From: Schmidtea nova
Taxonomy: Eukaryota
Direction of reading: 5' to 3'
Assembly: GCA_044892505.1 (NCBI GenBank)
Contig: CM097883.1
Coordinates: 391,592,001-391,656,000 of the forward strand
Length of the DNA stretch: 64,000 nt
The position numbers were made by a program, and so were the translations under genes. Of this stretch, positions 55,730 to 64,000 are shown piece by piece (position 1 is the stretch's first letter; the number at the start of each line of letters is the position of its first letter). The notes beneath the pieces were generated by a model that was not told the DNA's origin, did not search any database, and saw only the letters and a program-made list of their open reading frames with translations.

Positions 55730-57788
55730 ATGAACAAAAGAAAATCTCAAGTTTGGGACTCTTCAGAAAATGAATTCTCAGCAAGCCAAATGCAATATTG
55801 ATTGTTGCCAAAAAATTATAAGTAAAGGTGGTAATACAACAGCGATAATAAATCATTTGAAAACGCACAGTATTGAAATTAAAAAAATATTTAATGAAAG
55901 TCCAACCAAAAGGGTTAAACCTTCTGCTGCAACTCCTCAACCAATGTTAGATTTCATACGACGAGAATCTTTGAATGAAATATTCGCAAAATGTGCAGCA
56001 AAAGATGGATTTTCTTTTCGTAGTATGGTAAAATCTGAAGCAATCAGAGGATATGTTACAAGCCGTAATTATACAATGCCAAAAAGTGCAGTTACCATTC
56101 AAAATTACGTTATGCAATTTTTTAATGAGAAACGTGAAGAAATGATAATCGAAATATCAAATTTGTTGAAGGCTGATAATAGATTTAGCATAACGGTGGA
56201 CGAATGGACTAATATATTAATGCGCAGATATTTGAATGTAACCATCCATTCTAAAACAAAAGATTTTGTTTTAGGTCTTATACACATTCAAGACCGCTGC
56301 ACTTCAGAAAAGACTAAAGAACTGGTGACACAAGGACTGCTTGAATTTGGTATAAAATTAGATACAGATATCGTTGCGTCCACTCATGATGGTGCTAGTG
56401 TTATGGTGAAATACGGCCAAATAATCGAAGTAGAGAGCCAGCTATGTTATAATCATGCAATACATTTAGCTATAGTTAAGATTCTCTACAAAAATAAAAA
56501 TTTTATAGATATCGAAACTGAATCCATAAACCAATATGAAGATGACGCAGATTTTTTTTTGGATTATGAAGATGATGAAGAGGATATTAGTTTTGGTGAT
56601 GAAAATTTATTGTTTGAGAACACCATTACAACAGCACCAGTAATACGTGAAAATGTAAAGAAATCATTGGATAAAATGCGCAAAATCATAAAATTTTTCA
56701 AAAAATCTGCGGTTCGAACTGAGATTTTGAATAAACACGTAATTAGCCAAGAAGGAAAAGTTCTTAAACTAATGCAAGACTGTAAGACCCGCTGGAATAC
56801 ACTTGTAACGGCCGTAACTCGATTTCAAAAATTACGTATATGTGTCAATCTTGCTTTGAAAGAGCTTGGTGCGGAAAAATTTCCAGATGAAAATATTGCT
56901 ATTTTAGTCGAAGTGGAAAGTGTTCTAGAACCTTTAATGCTAGCAGTTAAGGAATTAAGCAAACAAGATTCCGATCTAATTACTGCTGAAGGAACACTTA
57001 TTTACGTTTTCTAAAAATTGAAAAAGGTAAACACAATTCTATCAACAGAAATTTTAGAAACTCTGACAATTGAAATAGACCGACGTAGAAACAAAGAAGT
57101 TATTTCTTTGCTACTATTTCTTCATCATGGTAGTTATCCGAAATCAAATGAATTTTTTTCGTATTCAACAAAAATTATTATAAAGCTATCAGCAAAAAAA
57201 ATTAAGTCGCCTATATTCTGATCCTGTAGAAACTCTAGCTGATGAAGCTGATGATCAAAGAAGCAGTAACAATTTGTCAGGTGAAGTTATTGAGATTATT
57301 GAGAAAACTGCGTACGACGAACTAAGAGAGTGTGATAGTTCATTTACTGCACCGAAAACAATAACTGCCCCCATACATCAACTAAACATTGAGAAGGAAT
57401 TTAAGCTGAGTGAAGCTAACGGAAAAAGAACAGCGTCGTTGGACTATTTATATCGGGCTCTGATCACTATCAGTCCTACATCTACTACTTCAGAGGGAGT
57501 ATTTTCAGTTGCAGGTAATATTATCACAAAACTTGGCAGTCGACTATATCCAAAAGCACTAAATGCATTATTATTTTAAAGATATTACTTTACTTCTAAT
57601 AAATAAATGGGTAAATAAATAAAAAATGCAATATTGGCTAAATGTTTTGATTTTTAATGTGTTTTTTTAATATATTATAAAATTGAGGAGATTTTTCGGG
57701 TTATCCGGGTATCCGGGTATCCGGGTAATTGAAAAAAAAATGACTCGGCTACCCGGGTAGCAGTTTAATCGGGTATTTGGACACTCTA
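55730..57788 (+). mobile_element. Decayed hAT (Ac-type) transposon with BED finger; right end intact, left TIR not found
   Basis: KSQVWD..CNIDCCQKI..NHLKTH (BED), SITVDEWT, THDGASVM, CYNHAIHL, KTRWNT, TSEGVFS; several frameshifts/stops; subterminal ccgggta repeats and terminus gggtatttggacactcta. Confidence 0.9.
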
Positions 57789-59920
57789 ATTCCGCTTTAG
57801 TTATTCTCTGGGTGCCCCAAAATCAAAGCTTTCTTACCCTTTCTTTCATTTAGTTTTGTAATTGTTGTGTTACAAAGGAGCCAATAATTTCTTAAAGGCT
57901 GTCAGTAAACAGTAGGTATAAAGGAGATGACGCTAGACCTTCTTAGAAACCTTACACAATATAAGAAACAAGTAAACTGTTGTTAACGATGTGCCAACAA
58001 TGAATAAAATCTTTATTTTGCCTTAGAAAATTAACGGTGTTGTATCTTAGTTTTCCTTTCGTTGTTTGTTTGCAGTGATGGATGATAACTGGGAATAAGT
58101 TAGGTAGAATTTTACCTTGTGGTTTGAATGTAATCAAGTAGGGGATAATTACGGTGATGAGAAAGTATGAAGGCAGGTGATCGTAGTGTCTAAAATGATG
58201 CGGCAGTGATGACTTTAGTTTGTGGTTTGGGTGCGGATTAGAATGGATTGATAATTTTTATGCTAGTCTAAAAAGCGAAATCGATTAGGTGCAAAGAGAC
58301 GTCGGGAACGAAAGGCGTTTGGCGAACGGATGAACAAAGAGGTTGACTTGTTGAGTACCCTGTCGGAGACAATTGATAAATATAATCGATACATCTGTAA
58401 TTATTAAATAAATGTATTGTATTTTATGTGAATTAATTAATATTTGAGTGAATGATGGGTATAACAGAATTGTATGATGAATTATGACTTCATAAGAATT
58501 CAAAATAAGTGGAAATGAAAAACCACGTAGACCTTTAATCTATCAGAAAGAACCAGTAGGGGCAAGAGGGAATTAGTCACTGTAAAATAGCTCACCTGCC
58601 CTCTTGATCTGCACGGGCGCAATTAGAGACAATTCACGTGAACTAGTTAATAACAACATCGTAGTAACTCCATGTTACCCTAATCAACTAGAAGTTTTTC
58701 GAAATGTTTTTAATTAAATTCATATTTTCAGACTTTCAGAAAATTCTTCACTAAAAACGATTTAATTCAGCCAATATATATGGAAAGAATTATTTTTAAT
58801 TACAAAAAAAGCTTTTTAGCCTTTCATATATTCCCGGTTTGTCTACAGATTACACAACGTTCGATACCCTATAAATGTTCGAAATCAGAAGTTGGGCTTT
58901 ATATATGTTATGGTCAGATCTGGAATATTTATAAAATAAAATATGTTAATTTTACAATAAATAGAATAAAATTCCTAAATATATTTAAACAACTTATTTT
59001 AATATTTATCACTATTTATTGAATATTTACTAAATAATGTTAATTACACATTTGAGAATCATTTTATTTATTTGAATTAAAGGATTTCGGGTAGAATATT
59101 TTAAGTGATGTAAAAGGATCTACTTTGAGTTGTAGAGAAAATGAAGAAACATCGTCATAAGTATTATATTTTAAATTATAATAAATTTATATTTTCAGAA
59201 TTTCAGAAAATTCACTAAAAATGACTCCATTGAGTGAAGATGAAGATTAATATAGAAAGATTTATTTTTAATTACAAAAACAGTCTTTCAAATATTTTAG
59301 TTACGTTTACATATTACACATCGTTCGATACCCTATAAATGTTTTAAAATCAGAAGTTGAACTTTATATATGTTGTGGTCAGAAAAAGTTGAAAGAATTT
59401 ATCAGATAGTACCAACTAACCGAGGCTTAAATATGCCACTGGCTCTTGCAATTGGTTTAAAATGACCAGTAAATCACAAATTAATAGTAGGATCATTCAA
59501 AAAAGAAACTTACAAAGTTTCCATTCATAAATTACTGTCCAAATTGGATGGTATAGGATAGCATTTAATACATTATAATGCTTCGATACATGGTAAAGCA
59601 ATATCCTAAAACAAATTCTTTGATAATCTACCACTAATTAGCTCTTTTCTTGACCCAATTGAAATTCAAATACATCGTCATAAGTATTATATTTTAAGTT
59701 ATAATAAATTTATATTTTCAGAATTTCAGAAAATTCAATAGAAACTATTCCATTACGTGAAGATGAAATTGGAATATGCTATCACTTATTTTTATTTATT
59801 AGAATATTTACTATATTCTTAGCATTTTAGATATTTCAGGTACCTTAACCAACTACACTACATCCGATACTAGACCCAAACAACCTTAAAAGAAATGAGA
59901 AAATTTCTCAACCAGCTAAA

Positions 59921-60420
59921 TTGCAACGAAGCAAGAGCAACAATTTATTCACATTAAAAAAGATGAGACGATGCAAAGCTTATCGAAATTCGGAGCAAGT
60001 CCTCGAAATAAAATTAGAGTATGTAACTCGATTCTCAGATGAAGCATGGCAAGATAAAAATTTGATTTATATCGACGAAAGCGGACTTAATTATTTTTTA
60101 AGGCTAGGATCTGGGAAGGAAGAAAAAGGGTGAAATAATTTATCAGGTAGTACCAACTAACCGAGGCCCAAATATGTCACTGGCTCTTGCGATTGGTTTA
60201 AAAGGACCAGTACATCACAAATTAATAGTAGGATCATTCAAAAAAGAAACTAACCAAGTTTTCATTCATGAATTCAAGTCCAAATTGGATGGTACAGGAT
60301 AGCATTTAATACATTATACGGCTTTGATACATTGTGGGGCAATATCAGAAAACAACTTTATTGATAATCTACCACTAATTAGCTGTTTTCTTAACCCAAT
60401 TGAAACTCAAATACATCGTC
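59921..60420 (+). pseudogene. Tc1/IS630-like DDE transposase remnant; partial duplicates at about 55290-55450 and 59395-59680
   Basis: LIYIDESGLN, VPTNRGPNMSLALAIGLKG, FLNPIE in shifting frames. Confidence 0.7.
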
Positions 60421-61199
60421 ATAAGTATTATATTTTAAGTTATAATAAATTTATATTTTCAGAATTTCAGAAAAATCACTAAAAACGAAGATGAAGATTA
60501 ATTTGGAAAGATTTATTTTTAATTACAAAAAATAAGTTTTTAGCCTTTCAAATATTCCAGGTACGTCTACAGATTTGATTTAAATCTACAGTTTGATTCA
60601 AAAATCAGAAGTTGGGCTTTAGGTCAGGCATGGAGTATGGATATAAAAATGGTGTTATTAAAAAATCTTTCAATAATTATATTTAAAGGCGGTTGACAAA
60701 ATTTTTTAAGTGATTCATAGGAATCTAATTTGAGTTGTCGAGAAAATGAAGAAACAATGTATTATATTTTAAGTTATAATAAATTTATATTTTCAGAATT
60801 TCAGAAAATTCAATTAAAAACAATTCGATTTAGCGAAGATGAAGATCTAATTTGGTAAGATTTATTTTTAATTACAAAAATAACTTTTGAGCCTTTCATT
60901 TATTCCAGGTACGTCTACAGAATGCACGTTGAAAAATATATATTTTATTTATATAATGCAAGATGTTAAGGTTTTCCCGAGTATCTTCTTAAAATTGTCA
61001 GAAAATACTGTGTTTAAATTATATCTTCCGTTTTTATTAAATCATAGCATTATAATTTATATGAATCAAGTGCCGAATAGTGACAAGACGTCTCTGAGAA
61101 GAAAATCCCTTTTTCAATATTACTTCGACATATCTGATTTAAGAGACGGGCCAGATAGTGATCGATCTACTTCGTTAATGGAAAGTCACAATAAAGCTG

Positions 61200-61360
61200 A
61201 ATTTGAGTTTAAAATAAAAGTTTTAAATCAAACTGCTTATTAATTATACATTCTAAGAAAGATCAAAAATAGCTGATATCTCGCCATTACTACTATAATT
61301 GTAAAAGACCTGTATGTAAGGAACATTCGAAAAAAGTTATAATTTGTAAAGAGTGCTGAG
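61200..61360 (+). pseudogene. piggyBac transposase C-terminal Cys-rich domain remnant
   Basis: KKDQK..YNCKRPVCKEHSKKVIICKEC* matches the piggyBac terminal C..C.K.VC.EH...C..C pattern. Confidence 0.65.
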
Positions 61361-62288
61361 AGAATGAACCTATTATAATTAATTTGACATTATACTTTTC
61401 ATTATTTTTATAGAATATAGTTTACATATGTTTTGGTCAATCCAGAAATAAATAAATGAATTTAATTGTTTATAAATTTTTGTCTTGTTATTGTAAGGCC
61501 CTGAGTTTCAAAGATAAAGGAAAATTAGATAAACAGTATATAATTTATTACTTTATTGTAACACTATTATAATATGCAACAGAATTTAGGTACCAGATTG
61601 AATTGAAGCAATTAAACGTTAGTAATGAAAAATTCACTTAAGTATAGATTATTTAGAAAAGCTAACTTTCAAAGAATGAATAATTGAAATTATTAGAGAA
61701 AGTCAATAATTTTACAGTTGATGTTAGTAAGACCGAAATTGAGTATTACAATAACCATAAAAAGAGTATCATTTTATTTTAAATAAATGTTATTAACTGA
61801 CTTTTTTGAATAATCTTCCAATTGTTCTTGCATGTTGTTTTATGTTATTTCGTGCAATATTAGATTAACTTTATTTTTATAATTGTTTTAACTAATTTAT
61901 GTATTTACATACATTTCCAATGAAAAATATATAAATTAATTTTAAAAATTAAATGTTTAAGTAAAATTCCAGGGAAAGACGACGACAACTGAAACAACGG
62001 TAAACAAGACTATTAAACATAATTAGGAAAAACGTTTTATTTTAAAAAAACGTTACAGTAAATTATAATGATAATGATATAATGATGACTAACGTTACAG
62101 CGAGACAATGTAGATAGATAACTTAACTTTTATTCATATTTTATACGAATAAAGAATGAAATATTATATAAAACATAAATAACGAATAGAAAAAGCTTTG
62201 TACTAACGATACCTCGGTTAGCACGAAATTGGTGTCAGAAGCAATTAGGGATAAACTTTAATGGCTCAATCATGCTTGTCTTGGAAAT

Positions 62289-62289
<1 letters not shown>

Positions 62290-62357
<68 letters not shown>
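62290..62357. repeat. (TA)n microsatellite; others near 1645-1670, 16676-16726, 26324-26406, 44704-44724
   Basis: Direct reading. Confidence 0.95.
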
Positions 62358-62361
<4 letters not shown>

Positions 62362-63265
62362 AATTGAAATGTAATTGATAAACCAATCTTTTATTTGACC
62401 GCAAGTTTTATCCCAGAAATCCACACACTCCGACAAGGCCGAACAAAAACCCCACCACTTATTTTTAAACATAAAAAAATTAAATAATAAATTATTATGT
62501 AAATAAATATTTTTATTTAATTTTATATTTTATATGAATAAAGAAATATTATATAAAACATAAATAACTAATAGAAATATTTTTTAGGCAAAAATACATT
62601 AAACAAGGGCTAATATTCAAAAAATAATATCAATGAAATGTAAAACTGCTTAGAAGAGAAAAAATTGATAAATATGGCAGATTTCATAAATCGCTAGTGT
62701 ATTTTCTAGCACAGCTGCATCATGATAAAGAGTGCTCATACAAAGTAACGAATAGAAAGGTTAAACGCATACCCGATACCCTACATAAAACCTGATGACG
62801 AGCATCCGAGTTAATAGTGTGTTCGAGACAGAGATAGACATAAAGGGGAACTCCCGCTAAGGCATGAGGAAAATTTTTCGCGGGTTAAATGTGTGATCAA
62901 ATTCGGAATCCAACCTCCCCAAGGCTTGATCATTTTAGTTGTCAACCCGGCTGATGATAATTGAGTGTGGAAAGTGTAATGAAACATTTAAAAATGATGA
63001 ATTGAGTGAAATAATAATATTCCAACAAACAATGAACAACATTATCATCGAGTCCACTGAAAGTCAAAATTAACTACAGTTACAGCAAATGATGCGTAAC
63101 AACAACTGTGGCCTACTCAAGGTATCTCATAGAGTAGAGTAGAATGATCAGACTAGCTAACAGACACCCACTAGATTGCCGACGATTAGTCCACTAAAAC
63201 GTGTGGATGAGTAGACGTATATATAGACACAGTGCTACTAACACTTTATTTGTAGAACCTGTAGA

Positions 63266-63961
63266 ATGAAGAGTGAGAAGACTGAGTTTACAGAATCGAC
63301 TACCTTTACTCACCCACTAGTGGAACCCAAGGAGATGAAAAGAAAGCGTCTTCACCCGACGATGAAGCGACAGATCAACTCTCGCGAAAAGGCCAAGTTA
63401 GGAGGGGTGGAAGGAGCACCTTTCTGGCTCATTAAACAAGCACAACGACACTTACGCAGATGGATGAGACAACACTCACACCCGACAGCCAGAGTCTCAT
63501 CCTGCTCTTTTACTTGCCAGCTCAGATGGGAAGGAGATGCAGGCTGGACGCCAATTCCGAATCAGTCAAAGACGAACTGCGGGCGATGGTTCATTCAGAT
63601 GATTAATGACGAAGGACAACCGCGATGGGTCCTGTGCTCCGGAACGATAACCGGTCCTGAGATGTACAAGTTGGGATACCTTCTCTTGGATAGACCCCGG
63701 TGCGGTGACACTGGTGAGATTCGACTCTATCCGCACGCTCCCGGAAGCGTAACCTTGGAGCTCAACCCGGATCCAAGTGAACTTAGATTATGGGAGGTAT
63801 TCGCCCACAACGACCAGAATTGTACCAGGCCGATGGAAAGCGACACGATGACAACCAGGCAGACCAGGAATTGCGACCTTTCCTTTAAGGAGAGACAGGC
63901 CGTAGCCGAACATCCGAAGACCAAATGTGTTATTATAAAAATAAAAATCTGTTTGTTTTAG
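63266..63961 (+). CDS. Orphan intronless ORF, 231 aa, unknown family
   Basis: Open, GC-richer than flanks, TATA-like tatatataga about 45 nt upstream, basic KRKR stretch; homology to 53297-53814 supports coding status. Confidence 0.65.
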   Translation: MKSEKTEFTESTTFTHPLVEPKEMKRKRLHPTMKRQINSREKAKLGGVEGAPFWLIKQAQRHLRRWMRQHSHPTARVSSCSFTCQLRWEGDAGWTPIPNQSKTNCGRWFIQMINDEGQPRWVLCSGTITGPEMYKLGYLLLDRPRCGDTGEIRLYPHAPGSVTLELNPDPSELRLWEVFAHNDQNCTRPMESDTMTTRQTRNCDLSFKERQAVAEHPKTKCVIIKIKICLF

Positions 63962-64000
63962 TGAAAGATTCTTGTTCTGTTTTATGAGCGAATGCGAACG

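Noticed and set aside
62266-62472. ORF with IYIYIY run
   Set aside because: Read-through of a (TA)n microsatellite.
62785-62835. Hammerhead ribozyme (CTGATGA plus stem II)
   Set aside because: GAAA is replaced by GAGA and no stems I/III or NUH cleavage triplet could be built.

Overview
AT-rich eukaryotic (most likely animal) genomic DNA, gene-poor and transposon-dense, with one 153-nt N gap; the species cannot be determined from the sequence. Recognisable host genes are an intronless PRP16/DHX38 splicing helicase (6049-9147, -) and a 15-exon copine (13297-31625, +; 712 aa, reconstructed by hand, with a 14 x 10-aa YPGSGPN tail). There is also a 3-exon orphan membrane protein with about four hydrophobic segments (41039-41747, -) and a small 2-exon coiled-coil gene (52122-52445, +). 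The rest is a nest of hAT, MULE, piggyBac, Tc1/IS630-like and Zator-like remnants, MITEs, and one young Ty3/Gypsy element with identical LTRs. Most notable: (1) a TTAA-flanked piggyBac-ended element carrying a repeat/spacer array (GCGTCTGTGTGCGC) and a non-transposase ORF, with a second such array upstream of a decayed AdoMetDC copy; (2) a Gypsy element whose primer-binding position is complementary to its own LTR, suggesting self-priming; (3) a long-TIR element holding DEG/ENaC-like and PKA-like gene fragments; (4) two diverged members of an unrecognised protein family (53.3-53.8 kb and 63.3-64.0 kb). All homology calls come from recognising motifs by eye; no database search was run.
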